Positions 29,456 through 39,465 of a DNA stretch of 64,000 nt are shown here, piece by piece. A program made the position numbers and the translations under genes. The notes under the pieces were generated by a model. The model was not told where the DNA came from. It saw only the letters and a list, made by a program, of their open reading frames with translations, and did not search any database. This DNA is from an uncultured delta proteobacterium (GTDB lineage: Bacteria > Desulfobacterota > Binatia > UBA9968): assembly GCA_963816145.1 (NCBI GenBank), contig CAWFJP010000005.1:192001-256000 (forward strand), given 5' to 3'. Positions within the stretch are counted from its first letter, which is position 1; each line of letters opens with the position of its first letter.

Positions 29456-29514
29456 TTGTTATACCTGCCTCGATTTGAGTTTTTGGAGTCATATCACGAT
29501 CATCGAACCCTAGT

Positions 29515-31011
29515 CTAGCTTGCCGATGTCGACCATTTTGCCAGCGCTTGATCGACATGCCACATCGCCAGGCAGTCGTCTTCGTTGTAGGTCAACGCGC
29601 GGTCGATGGCGAATAGATCGGTGTTGTCGAGATAATCCCAGTAGCAGACCATCGACTGGTAGGCGCCGATGTCTTTTTGCCGCCAGTGAAAGCCCAGGGC
29701 CGGGGCGACGGATTTGATCGAGAAAGTCGGCACCGGCAGATAGACGGCGGTTTGGATCGCCTCTTTCAGGTCGACGCACTTGGTGACGATCTGTTCGATC
29801 GACCCGGACAGCGTCGGCCAGCGGCGCGCGACGCGGCGCATTTGCTGAATCTCGAAGTCGGTCCAGTGGTACAGGCAAACGTCGCGCGGATCACCGACAT
29901 AATCGAAGAACTCGGTGAAGATGCGCGCTTCGTCTTCGGCGCCGCGGGCGAGAAACTTGACGAACTGATCGCGGGCGCCGTCGTAACAGCCGATCAGGTA
30001 GGTGTGCGGCGGCTCGCTCGGATGGACCGAGTCGGAAGTTTCAAAATCGAAATAGAGCAAGCGCTTGCTTCGCGGTATTGTCAGCTGCTGCCCAGGCTTC
30101 AAAACCGGTCCGCTGACTTTATACGCTTGGCTCACAAGAAAGGCGATCGCACCAAAGTGTTCGCCGAGTATCTCGATCAGCTCTTCCTGGCGCAAGTTCC
30201 AAACTTGATCGACTCTGTGAATGCCGGCGCGGCGCAGCTTTTCCCGTTCGCGCTTGGTGATACCTGCCAATAGGACCAAGTCGCGTTGGTCAAGAGCCCG
30301 TTGGTTGGCGTAAATTCGCCAAGGCGAACTCGCCGCATTGGGCGGCCGGTTGGTCTCGGGCACGACGTTGCCATCGCGCAACTCTCTCCAAAACTCGCGT
30401 GCCGCGGCGATTTCTTGCGCCTTATCGGCAAAGCTAACAGTTTCTTCGCTATCTTTCAGGACGATCGTGAACTGATTGGGCACGAAACCTTGGAGCTTGC
30501 CGATATTCTCATTGTAGAAAGCGCCTTGCAGCGCGTGGGAGGTTTGCAGCGACTGCGATCTTTTGATCTCGATGACGCGATAGTGGAAAGGCCCGAGATC
30601 CGATGGTGCTGAATCGTCGCGCACAAGCAAATCGCCTTTGCCGTAGGTCGCTTGCGCTAAATCCCAAAGCTGCGGTTGATAGATTGCCGGCGCACCTGCG
30701 AGCAGGGTATCGCAGGTGTTTTTTAGCGCCGCGAAGCCGAAGCCGGGTTTGATTTCCACGCCGTTGGGGTAGTGGCTCTTGACCCAGCGCTGCTCGTATT
30801 CGACGCCCTGCTGCATGCGCAGTTTTTCATAGCGGGTGGTTTCATCGACGGCGGCATTCTTGGGCGCGTGATGCTGACACCAGAGCCAGAACGGGTCCTT
30901 GAGCAGGTAGTAGCTGAGCGAAGGGCGAAACAAATTGTGACGGTTGAACTTTTGCCCGGCTATGGCGCGTTGGAGCAGTGTTTCGAGGTTGACTTTTGCA
31001 ACTGCTGACAT
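29515..31011 (-). CDS. TM0106 family RecB-like nuclease (PD-(D/E)XK plus RNase H-like domain)
   Basis: GKGDLLVR...VIEIKRS, YFDFET, VDLKEAI, FSIKSVAPALGFHW and YNEDDC. Confidence 0.9.
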   Translation of the reverse strand: MSAVAKVNLETLLQRAIAGQKFNRHNLFRPSLSYYLLKDPFWLWCQHHAPKNAAVDETTRYEKLRMQQGVEYEQRWVKSHYPNGVEIKPGFGFAALKNTCDTLLAGAPAIYQPQLWDLAQATYGKGDLLVRDDSAPSDLGPFHYRVIEIKRSQSLQTSHALQGAFYNENIGKLQGFVPNQFTIVLKDSEETVSFADKAQEIAAAREFWRELRDGNVVPETNRPPNAASSPWRIYANQRALDQRDLVLLAGITKREREKLRRAGIHRVDQVWNLRQEELIEILGEHFGAIAFLVSQAYKVSGPVLKPGQQLTIPRSKRLLYFDFETSDSVHPSEPPHTYLIGCYDGARDQFVKFLARGAEDEARIFTEFFDYVGDPRDVCLYHWTDFEIQQMRRVARRWPTLSGSIEQIVTKCVDLKEAIQTAVYLPVPTFSIKSVAPALGFHWRQKDIGAYQSMVCYWDYLDNTDLFAIDRALTYNEDDCLAMWHVDQALAKWSTSAS

Positions 31012-31013
31012 AG

Positions 31014-31283
31014 CTAGTTCGAGCCGCCCATGGAGTGGCCGATCAGATGGGCGTGATCGATTTTCTCACTCGCGAAAAACTCCCGCAGATCGTCCGCCAT
31101 GGCGGGGTAACCCATGGCTCGATTATGCGGCGACGCGCCGTGATTTCTTAGATCGAGACAATAGACTTTGAAATGGGCGGCGAAGCGCTTGCTCATGGCG
31201 CGCCAATTATCGGACGAGCCGAGAAAGCCGTGGAGGATGATTATCGGGACACCCGCCCCTTGGACATGGAAATTGAGGCGCAT
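31014..31283 (-). pseudogene. Truncated YbfF-like alpha/beta hydrolase (N-terminal third)
   Basis: LHGFLGSSDNW, DLRNHGASPH, GHSMGG then a stop two codons later. Confidence 0.8.
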
Positions 31284-31452
31284 AGTTTCGAGTTGCCGCG
31301 CAAGGCTTACGGAACTCTGACAAGATCACGGAGAAAAGGAAAGGGTCGTGCGTGCGCTGCAGCGAACTGAACCGGAGTTTGGGTTTGGGGGGCAGCTATG
31401 GCAAAGGCTGGCGCCGCCGGTGGGGAGCGGCGGGGATGAATCGATAATTCGA

Positions 31453-33033
31453 TCAGCCGCCGACTCGCGCCACTGCGTCGCTGCGGATAAATCCTGGCGG
31501 CCGGCCATGCTTGGAGTGAATCTCTAGCCAGCCATCGCGGGCGTTTACCACGTTCACTTTTAGGCCGGGTTCGATCTCGCCGACCTGCTGGGCAAATTCA
31601 GTGGGCGCGGCAAAGACTCTAGTGCCGCGAGTGACTTCGTAGGTGCCGGCGCCCGCTGATGACGCAGGCTGGGCTTTGGGTTGTCTTGCCGGTTCTTTCT
31701 GAACCGCCGGCGCATTGGTGTCTTTGTTGATCGGTGTGGCTAAGGTTACCGTTTCGGTGCTAGGCGCTGGATTTTGCTTGGTGGGCGCAGCTTCTTTCCG
31801 CGGCGCCGTTGCCTGCAGGGGTTTGGCTGCGTGTGTCACCGGCTGATCGCCGCTCTGGCTCCAGAATAGCGCGGTTAGCGCTCCGCCAACGACCAAGGCG
31901 ATCACGGCGTGAAAGACACCGAAGCCGCGCTTGGCCTTGGGTGCGGTCTCGACATCGCCGTTTACTTGACCGGCGCTTGCCGCTTCCGGAGTACGCGTCA
32001 TGTTGCTGCCGTTGCCCGCCGCCATCGGTGAGACCAATAACTGCGCTGGCACTGTCACTTCCTGGCCGGCTTGTGGGTCGAAATAGATGGGTGGCGCAAT
32101 GGTGCCGTCATGGGATGCCGAGAGAAATTGCGCGAAGGATTTTAACTCTCCGTGATACTCCCGCTGATGTTCGATGAGGGAGTTATATTTGGCGACCAAT
32201 TGATCGTAAACTGGTTGCAAGGCTAGTAAGCGATTTTTGATCTCATCGCTGGTGGCGAGCCGCTCTTGCCACTGCGGTAGTTCTTCTTCGCGCCGGCGCA
32301 GGGTGGCGCGTAGTTCTTGTTCGAGCTTTTCCGATTCCCGGACGCGCTGCTGCAAGCTATCAATCTGGTGCTCGCTGTCGGCGCTGGCGCTCAAGCGGTT
32401 TTCCAATTCGGCTATTCTTGCCTCGAGTTTTTGAGTCTCCTCGCAGTGCTTCGCTTCGATGGTGCTCAGGTCGACCATTGGTGTAGCTGAGCTCTCGAGT
32501 TCGCGAATTCTTGCCTGGCTTTTTTCTAGTTGCTGTTTTAGGTCGATGAGCGAGTTCTCTAACTGAGTCTGGCGTTCGTTGGCACCGCCGTCCGGTGCAC
32601 CGGCATTCTGCAGTTTCGCTTCGCTGGCTTGCAGCTGGCGGCGCAGCTCTTCGACCTGAGAGTCGAGTTGGATGTTGGCGCCGCGAAGTTGTTGGATCTC
32701 AGCGAGCGACGCACCGTTTTCGGCCGCCGGTTTCGCGGCGCGCAGTTCGTCGATGGCCCGGTGGGCGGCGTTTAAGTCATCTTGCAGCGCGGCCATTTCT
32801 TTTTGCAGCTCTTGATTCTTCGCGCGCAGGCCGGTGATTTCGGCGCCGTTGACCGCGGCCTCCACGCCTGGCGCGGTGCCCGAAGCCGTCGAGGCCCCTT
32901 CCAGACGGTCCAAAAGATTGTTGATCTCATTGCGTTTTTTCTTGAGCTCTTTCTCCGAAGCGATCAAGAATGCGCCCAGTAAAAGCACCGCGGCGCCGGA
33001 TAACAGTACGATCCAAATGAACATGCTTTCCAT
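31453..33033 (-). CDS. Membrane-anchored coiled-coil protein with second TM, Pro/Ala linker and C-terminal SH3b-like domain
   Basis: N-terminal TM, long heptad region, TM near residue 375-395, VNVVNARDGWLEIHSKHGRPPGFI. Confidence 0.8.
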   Translation of the reverse strand: MESMFIWIVLLSGAAVLLLGAFLIASEKELKKKRNEINNLLDRLEGASTASGTAPGVEAAVNGAEITGLRAKNQELQKEMAALQDDLNAAHRAIDELRAAKPAAENGASLAEIQQLRGANIQLDSQVEELRRQLQASEAKLQNAGAPDGGANERQTQLENSLIDLKQQLEKSQARIRELESSATPMVDLSTIEAKHCEETQKLEARIAELENRLSASADSEHQIDSLQQRVRESEKLEQELRATLRRREEELPQWQERLATSDEIKNRLLALQPVYDQLVAKYNSLIEHQREYHGELKSFAQFLSASHDGTIAPPIYFDPQAGQEVTVPAQLLVSPMAAGNGSNMTRTPEAASAGQVNGDVETAPKAKRGFGVFHAVIALVVGGALTALFWSQSGDQPVTHAAKPLQATAPRKEAAPTKQNPAPSTETVTLATPINKDTNAPAVQKEPARQPKAQPASSAGAGTYEVTRGTRVFAAPTEFAQQVGEIEPGLKVNVVNARDGWLEIHSKHGRPPGFIRSDAVARVGG

Positions 33034-33348
33034 AGCGATCTCCCATCGAATATTGGCTGGTTTCGATCATCCAGCAACGCTAAACCCATGCCAGATGGAG
33101 AAAGGCCGGTGCAGACCGACAAGCATGGGAGTTCTAAAGATAATTTTACCCTTGGCTGGACACTGGTCGGCGCAGTGAGGCTGAACAGAGCCGCACAAAT
33201 TGGTGAATGGCTGCGAAAACTGTAAGCCGTTGCCGCGGCGCTGACCGAAGCGGCAACTGTTTTCCCAACAAAACTTCGTCTTGAGTCGCAGTTCGCTAGC
33301 GATATCGCTGGAGTTAGGCTAAGAAAAATTACCCCAAGATGTTCTTAC

Positions 33349-34782
33349 ATGATCCCGCAAAGTCAAACCGCCGCGCCGCCAACCAGCCTATCGATCGCCG
33401 AAGAACGGGCGATCCTCACGGTCACCTGCTTGGCGGCATTTCTGTTCTTCAACAGCTTCGGCAGCATCAGCGTTGCTTTACCGACGATCCAAAAACAGTT
33501 CGGCAATAGTTTGTCGGAGATCCAATGGATCACGCTGATGGGCGTGGTGACGATCTCCAGTTTATCGTTTTGTTTCGGCCGCGCCGGTGGCATTCTCGGC
33601 CAGCGTCGACTCTACAAAATCGGCGTGGCGCTTTATGCCGCCGGTGCGGGCTTGGGCGCGCTGGCGGGTTCCTTTTCGCAACTGTTAATAGCCCGAGCGG
33701 TGATGGCGGTGGGGTTGGCGATGGCGTTGCCGATGTCGACGGCGTTGTTGGCTAGTAGTTTCGCCGTCGAGCGGCGCGGTCAGGTGCTTGGCACCTTCGC
33801 TTCGGCTATCGCGGTTGGACGCATGACCGGACCGACTGTCGGTGGTTTTCTTTTGCAGCTGGGCGGCTGGACCTGGATCTTCTGGATGAATTTCATCGTC
33901 GGCTTCGCCGTCACCTTGGCGGTGGTGAAAATTTTTCGCGGCGCAGGCGAGCAGCGGCCGGAGAAATTCGACATCTGGGGTTCTTTAGCATTGCTGATTG
34001 GCTATCCATCCTTGTTGATCGGCTTGAGCTTCGGCGCCCGGCTCGGTTGGAATTCGTCATGGGTAATCGCCTGGTTTGCCGCGGCTGCGATCGGGCTGGC
34101 GAGTTTCGTGAGAATCGAGCTGCGTACGGCAAAGCCGCTCATCGATGTGACAATTTTTCGCAATAAAGCGTTGTCCGCCGCGATCGTCGCATTGATCCTC
34201 AGTCACATGCTCTACAATCCGATCGCCTTGGCTTCGCCGCTTTATTTGCAAAACGTACTTGGCGCCAGCGCGGTTAGCGCTGGATTCCTGCTAGCGATTT
34301 TGCCGCTGTCGACAGCGTTGGCTTCGCCGCTAAGCGGTCGTTGGGCCGACCGCGTAGATGCCTCGGCGGTGACGGCGGTTGGAATCGGACTGATCGTCGC
34401 AGGTATCGCTTGTTACGCCTGCTTGGGTGTCGATTCGCATTTCGCCTTGGTCGGCGCGGTGCTGGCAGTGCTCGGTACTGGCATTGGATTCTTCACACCT
34501 GCCAATCAGAAGGTTGCATTCGCTTCAGTGGCGAAGGAAGACTACGGCGTGCTGGCGGCGATGCTAAGTTCCTTCGGCACGGCCGCCGGAACTATCGGCA
34601 CCACTATTGCCGTGGCGCTGATGGAGATGTCCGGCGGCGGCGCACTCTGGAAATCTCAAGTGGTGTTTGCTGGAGCGCAGCAATTTGCATTTGCCTGGTT
34701 GGTGCCGATTGGGCTAGTAGCCATAGTAATTTCATTGCGCGCTAGGCTGCTGCAGGTGCCAGACGCCGCCGGTAAAAATTAG
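33349..34782 (+). CDS. MFS transporter, DHA2 (EmrB/QacA-like) type
   Basis: VALPTI, GPTVGG, WIFWMN and PLIDV motifs; about 14 TM. Confidence 0.9.
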   Translation: MIPQSQTAAPPTSLSIAEERAILTVTCLAAFLFFNSFGSISVALPTIQKQFGNSLSEIQWITLMGVVTISSLSFCFGRAGGILGQRRLYKIGVALYAAGAGLGALAGSFSQLLIARAVMAVGLAMALPMSTALLASSFAVERRGQVLGTFASAIAVGRMTGPTVGGFLLQLGGWTWIFWMNFIVGFAVTLAVVKIFRGAGEQRPEKFDIWGSLALLIGYPSLLIGLSFGARLGWNSSWVIAWFAAAAIGLASFVRIELRTAKPLIDVTIFRNKALSAAIVALILSHMLYNPIALASPLYLQNVLGASAVSAGFLLAILPLSTALASPLSGRWADRVDASAVTAVGIGLIVAGIACYACLGVDSHFALVGAVLAVLGTGIGFFTPANQKVAFASVAKEDYGVLAAMLSSFGTAAGTIGTTIAVALMEMSGGGALWKSQVVFAGAQQFAFAWLVPIGLVAIVISLRARLLQVPDAAGKN

Positions 34783-34824
34783 CGCGCTGGAAAGTTTACT
34801 CTGAAAAACGAAGGGAGAGCTGAC

Positions 34825-35793
34825 ATGGTTGTCGATTTTCAACATCACTATATTCCGGTGGAGTTGGCAAAGAAGCGCGGGCTCTATTCGGATACGGGCA
34901 GCACTCTGCTCCAGGAAGGCGGGCTGCCGGCGACCACTATGCACCGGCGGCTTTACGACTTGGAGTTGCAACTCAAAGACATGGACGAGGCGGGCGTGGA
35001 TGTCTCGGTATTGTCTTGCCTGCTTGGCTGGTCGGCGCCGATGGAAGAATGCCGCTTTATCAACGACGATTTGTCTGTGATTCAGAAAAAATATCCACGC
35101 CGTTTCGTCGGCTTGGCCCAGGCGCCGATTTTGGAGGGGAAACCGGCCATTACCGAACTGCGCCGGGCGATCGTTGACTTGGGCCTGCGTGGTGTGACGA
35201 TCACCTCGCAGGTGAACGGCCTTTCGCTCGACTCGCCGAAGCTTTATGAATTGTATGAGTTGGCCTGCGAGCTTGATGCACCGGTGTTTGTCCATCCGGC
35301 CTTGGTGCCGACCGGCTACGAGCATTTGAAGGATTACGATCTGCCGCGTGTGCTTGGCCGCGAAGTCGATTTGACCGTGGCGACGACGCGTCTGATCGCT
35401 GGTGGGATTTACGATCGGTTTCCCAATTTAAAGATCGTCATGGCCCACTTCGGCGGCGGCATCGCCGCGGTAAAGGACCGCCTAGTCGGCAAGGGCTACC
35501 GTTTTGGCACGCTCAAAAAGCCGTTCGGCGAATACTATGACATGGTCTACTTCGACATGGCCGGCTTCGAAGGCGGCATTACCGCGCTTCACTGCGCCCT
35601 CGAAGGCATTCGGCCCGAGCGTTTAGTATTCGCCAGTGACTATCCGCAGGACTTCACCGGCGTGAACACCGATACGGGCAAGGGGATGACCGAACTGCGC
35701 AACTACGTCGAAGCCGTGCGTAAATTGCCGCTCGGCGAGAAGGATCGGGACGACATGCTCGGGGGTACGGCGGCGCGGTTGTTAAAGCTCTAG
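34825..35793 (+). CDS. Amidohydrolase family protein (ACMSD-like decarboxylase/hydratase)
   Basis: DFQHH, VFVHP, AHFGG and FASDYP motifs. Confidence 0.9.
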   Translation: MVVDFQHHYIPVELAKKRGLYSDTGSTLLQEGGLPATTMHRRLYDLELQLKDMDEAGVDVSVLSCLLGWSAPMEECRFINDDLSVIQKKYPRRFVGLAQAPILEGKPAITELRRAIVDLGLRGVTITSQVNGLSLDSPKLYELYELACELDAPVFVHPALVPTGYEHLKDYDLPRVLGREVDLTVATTRLIAGGIYDRFPNLKIVMAHFGGGIAAVKDRLVGKGYRFGTLKKPFGEYYDMVYFDMAGFEGGITALHCALEGIRPERLVFASDYPQDFTGVNTDTGKGMTELRNYVEAVRKLPLGEKDRDDMLGGTAARLLKL

Positions 35794-35814
35794 CGGTGAC
35801 GAGCGTTTTTAGCG

Positions 35815-36354
35815 CTACTTTTCGTTCAATGGTTTGGCCAGACTCGCTTCGACGTAGCCGGGTTTGTTGCCGCGTTTGGATTCGACTTTTAACCAGCCCT
35901 TTTCTTCATCGACGACGTTGAGCTTGGTGCCTTTGGCGATGTCGGCGAGCGACGGGTAATGCAATCCAGGACCGCTGCGCACCTGTGTGTCGGCAACCGC
36001 TTCGTATTTACCTTCGACCAGGCTAGGTTCGCCGAATTCCGGTTTTTCGGTTTCGCCTTCGCCGGGCTTGATCGCCGCCAGTTCGATAAATCCCGGTGCG
36101 TTGCCCTTTTTCGAGACGATCAGCGCCCAATCGCCGTCGCGGCCGACGACATGGATCTTGGCATTGGCCGGGATGTCGGCTATGCCACGAAACTGCGGTC
36201 CCGGGCCGCTGCGAACCTTGGTGTTCTCGACGGTGACGTAAGGGCGGATTTGCTTGTTGAGGTCGGGAAGATCGTCGGGGCTCGCGGCTTTCTCAGCTTT
36301 CTTGCATGCCGGGATTAGTAAGAAGAGCGCTAACGTTATCCTCCAGCGGTTCAT
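35815..36354 (-). CDS. Lipoprotein with two tandem SH3b domains (start uncertain, up to 36405)
   Basis: LIPAC lipobox; two VRSGPG...W...G(F/Y)(I/V) repeats. Confidence 0.85.
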   Translation of the reverse strand: MNRWRITLALFLLIPACKKAEKAASPDDLPDLNKQIRPYVTVENTKVRSGPGPQFRGIADIPANAKIHVVGRDGDWALIVSKKGNAPGFIELAAIKPGEGETEKPEFGEPSLVEGKYEAVADTQVRSGPGLHYPSLADIAKGTKLNVVDEEKGWLKVESKRGNKPGYVEASLAKPLNEK

Positions 36355-36471
36355 GTTCCTGCCTGAAAGTGCCATGGAATTCCTCCCAAATCTGTTCTCT
36401 TGCATGATTATAGCATGCTGGGAAAACCTGGGTCGAAATTTCCCGGCTGACGATGTCGTGGGATACCCTGG

Positions 36472-36891
36472 CTAGTGAATTTCTTTCCAAACCTTGGCAA
36501 GGCTCTCGCCGTAGACGCTCAAGTCCCACTCACAAAAATAACCGAACGGCGTGGTCCAGACTTGGTAGCCGGTTTCGCTCAGGCGTTGCTGCAATGTGGT
36601 AATGAGCGAGTCGGCCAACTCCGGTGGAGCGGTTAGGCCGCCCAAATGGGTGAAGGAATGGAGCACGATATTATTTAAATCACGTTTGTTGGCGAGCCAC
36701 TTGATATGCTTGAGGGTCTGACGCAGGACGGATGCGTTTCTCTCGCAGTCGCCGTCAGCCGCCTCGGCCTGGAGAAAGATGACGACTGTATCAGAGACTT
36801 CCTGGTCGATGTCTTGGTCGGCCACGTCGGGAAGCGTCTTCGAATGAGTCTTCCAGCGAAAGCGTTTGGCTTGGAAGCACAAGAGCTTCAT
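36472..36891 (-). CDS. Stand-alone archaeal-type threonyl-tRNA synthetase editing domain protein
   Basis: MKLLxF, IVLHSFTHL, TPFGY and SVYGESLAK pattern of the tRNA-Thr_ED fold. Confidence 0.75.
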   Translation of the reverse strand: MKLLCFQAKRFRWKTHSKTLPDVADQDIDQEVSDTVVIFLQAEAADGDCERNASVLRQTLKHIKWLANKRDLNNIVLHSFTHLGGLTAPPELADSLITTLQQRLSETGYQVWTTPFGYFCEWDLSVYGESLAKVWKEIH

Positions 36892-36894
36892 CGT

Positions 36895-37461
36895 TTAGTA
36901 GTTATCCAGGAAGTTTTTCAGCAGTTTCTTGCCTTCCTCGGCGAGGATCGATTCCGGATGAAACTGCACGCCTTCGACCGGGTAAATCTGATGGCGCACA
37001 CCCATGATCACGCCATCATCGGTCCGAGCGCTGACGAGGAGTTCCGCAGGCAAGCTCTTCGGGTCGATCACCAGCGAATGATAGCGCATGGCGGCGAAGG
37101 GGTTTTTCAAGCCGCGAAAAATAGTTTTGCCGTCGTGGTTTACGTCCGATAGCTTGCCATGCATGATCGAGGGTGCGCGGATAATCCTGCCGCCGTAGGC
37201 GGCGCCGATCGATTGGTGGCCCAGGCAGACGCCAAGAATCGGCGTGTGCGCGCCGCAGCGCTTGATCGCTTCGCAGGATATGCCGGCTTCTTTCGGCGTG
37301 CACGGCCCCGGCGAGATAACGATCTTTTCCGGCCGCAGCGCGGCGATTTCGTCGAGATCGATTTTGTCGTTGTATACGACGCGAACTTCCGCGCCAAGCT
37401 CGCCCAAATAATGATACAGGTTGTACGTGAAGGAGTCGTAGTTATCGATGAGCAGGATCAT
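36895..37461 (-). CDS. trpG: Anthranilate synthase component II (glutamine amidotransferase)
   Basis: IDNYDSFTYN, SPGP, GVCLGHQ, RYHSL and QFHPES; ATGA overlap with trpE. Confidence 0.95.
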   Translation of the reverse strand: MILLIDNYDSFTYNLYHYLGELGAEVRVVYNDKIDLDEIAALRPEKIVISPGPCTPKEAGISCEAIKRCGAHTPILGVCLGHQSIGAAYGGRIIRAPSIMHGKLSDVNHDGKTIFRGLKNPFAAMRYHSLVIDPKSLPAELLVSARTDDGVIMGVRHQIYPVEGVQFHPESILAEEGKKLLKNFLDNY

Positions 37462-38945
37462 CGCTTCCTCCACTGTTCGGCGAGTTCCACCGCGCGCAAC
37501 ATGGCGCGGGCTTTGCTCAAGGTCTCCTGGTATTCCAGCGCCGGATCGGAGTCGGCGACGATGCCGGCGCCGGCATTGATATAAACTTTCTTGCCCTTCA
37601 TGACGATCGTGCGGATAACGATGCAGGTGTCCAAATTGCCGTTATAGCCGAAGTAGCCGATGGCGCCGGCGTAGAGGCTGCGCTTTTGCGGTTCCAGCTC
37701 GGCGATGATCTGCATTGCGCGGATTTTCGGCGCGCCGGAAACGGTGCCGGCGGGAAAGGCCGAGACGAAAAGATCGAAGGGCGTCTTGTCCGGGGCCAGC
37801 TTGCCGCGCACGTTGGAGACGATATGGATTACGTGCGAATAGCGTTCGATGGCCATCAGCTCGTTGACTTCGACGCTGCCGATGGCGGCGACCCGGCCGA
37901 CATCATTGCGGCCAAGATCGACCAGCATGATATGTTCGGCGCGTTCCTTCGGGTCCGCCAGCAGTTCGGCTTCCAGCTCGCGTTCTTCATCCGGCGTGGC
38001 GCCGCGCCGGCGGGTGCCGGCGATGGGGCGAAGTTCGATGGTATCGCCGGTGAGGCGCACCATGGTTTCGGGCGACGAACCGATGACCCGTAGATCCTCC
38101 AACTCCAGGTAATACATGTACGGCGATGGATTGACGAATCTCAGCGCGCGATAGATCTCGAAGGGATCGCTCTCGGTTTCGGTTTCCAGTCTTTGGCACA
38201 GCACGGTCTGAATGATGTCGCCGGCTTTGATATATTCCTTGGCCCGGTTGACCGCCTGTTGAAATGCTTGTGGGCTCAAGTTGGAGCGGAATTTGCGCTT
38301 GCCGCTGGCTGGGCTCAAGTCGCGCGGTTCGATGCCGCGCGGTTTTTTTTGCAGCGTCGAGATGACTTTATGAATTCGCTTAACCGCGTCGTCATAGGCC
38401 CGGCGTAAATTCGTGCCAGGGTCGACCTGGATGTTATCGATCACTTTGATGGTGTGCTTGAGATTGTCGAAGGCGATCAAGGTTTGCACAAACAAGAAAA
38501 ATATCTCGGGCATGCCGAGGGGATCTTTCCTGGCATTGACGATGCCGTGGAATTGCTCGACGGCATCGTAGGAGACGTACCCGAGTGCGCCGCCGAAAAA
38601 CGGTGGAACGCCCGGCACCGCCACGGGCCGGTAATCCTTGAGCAGTTCTTCCAGCGCTTTCAATGGCGCGTCGGTTTGCCATTTCTTCACTATGCCGTTG
38701 TCGGTCAATTCGATTTGGTTGCCGCGCGCTTTGAAAACCCGCTGCGGTCGGGTGCCGAGAAACGAGTAGCGCGCCCAGCGCTCGCTGCCTTCGACGCTCT
38801 CTAAAATAAACGCATAACGGTCGCGCTCGAGACGCTTGAAAAACGACAGCGGGGTTTCCAGGTCCATCAATAGCTCTTGATAGAGCGGCACGAGGTTGCC
38901 CTGCTTGGCAAGGCGGCTAAATTCTTTGAAGCTAGGTTGAATCAT
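37458..38945 (-). CDS. trpE: Anthranilate synthase component I
   Basis: ILESV, NPSPYMY, PIAGT, EHIMLVDLGRND and PAGTVSGAPK. Confidence 0.97.
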   Translation of the reverse strand: MIQPSFKEFSRLAKQGNLVPLYQELLMDLETPLSFFKRLERDRYAFILESVEGSERWARYSFLGTRPQRVFKARGNQIELTDNGIVKKWQTDAPLKALEELLKDYRPVAVPGVPPFFGGALGYVSYDAVEQFHGIVNARKDPLGMPEIFFLFVQTLIAFDNLKHTIKVIDNIQVDPGTNLRRAYDDAVKRIHKVISTLQKKPRGIEPRDLSPASGKRKFRSNLSPQAFQQAVNRAKEYIKAGDIIQTVLCQRLETETESDPFEIYRALRFVNPSPYMYYLELEDLRVIGSSPETMVRLTGDTIELRPIAGTRRRGATPDEERELEAELLADPKERAEHIMLVDLGRNDVGRVAAIGSVEVNELMAIERYSHVIHIVSNVRGKLAPDKTPFDLFVSAFPAGTVSGAPKIRAMQIIAELEPQKRSLYAGAIGYFGYNGNLDTCIVIRTIVMKGKKVYINAGAGIVADSDPALEYQETLSKARAMLRAVELAEQWRKR

Positions 38946-38951
38946 TGGTTG

Positions 38952-38992
38952 AAAATAAAAAGGGCCATAAGTTAATCACCTATGGCCCTTTT
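38952..38992 (-). terminator. Attenuator terminator hairpin upstream of trpE
   Basis: Minus strand aaaagggccata-ggtgattaact-tatggccctttt followed by tatttt. Confidence 0.88.
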
Positions 38993-39015
38993 GTCAGTTA
39001 AGTTGGTCGACGCAT

Positions 39016-39087
39016 TCAGCCATGGTGCTGCTGGTTCGAGTACCAGCGCCGCCAGCCACGCCAAATATATTTCACAAAACACGTCAT
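39016..39087 (-). CDS. trpL: trp leader peptide MTCFVKYIWRGWRRWYSNQQHHG (23 aa, 3 Trp)
   Basis: Translated by hand; three clustered TGG codons; ends 23 nt before the terminator hairpin. Confidence 0.88.
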   Translation of the reverse strand: MTCFVKYIWRGWRRWYSNQQHHG

Positions 39088-39465
39088 GACCGGCATACTG
39101 CCGCATTGATGATGATGCGTCAAGGGCGCTAGCTTTTGACTATTGATATCTCGGCTGTTTGCCGGAGGTTATTCCATCGGGACGGCGTTCTCTCGAAAGC
39201 GCGGAGACTTTTCTGTGCAGTCGTTAGTGCGCCTCGCCGGCGCCGGATTGTCGGGTTGGGTTGGGCCAGATTGCGACACTGGTTGATTCTAGCTTTTCAG
39301 CGTCCTTGGCAATGGGCTGGCACGGACCGCTTGCGCGGTTGCCCAATCGTAATTTTCCACGGTTTGACAAGCTCCTTGGCTTGGCTTAAAACGCCATTTC
39401 TGGCTGATTCGTAATTTGCTATGACGAGCGGCCGACGGCAGCCTTTGCCGCTTCATGGAGGAAAC

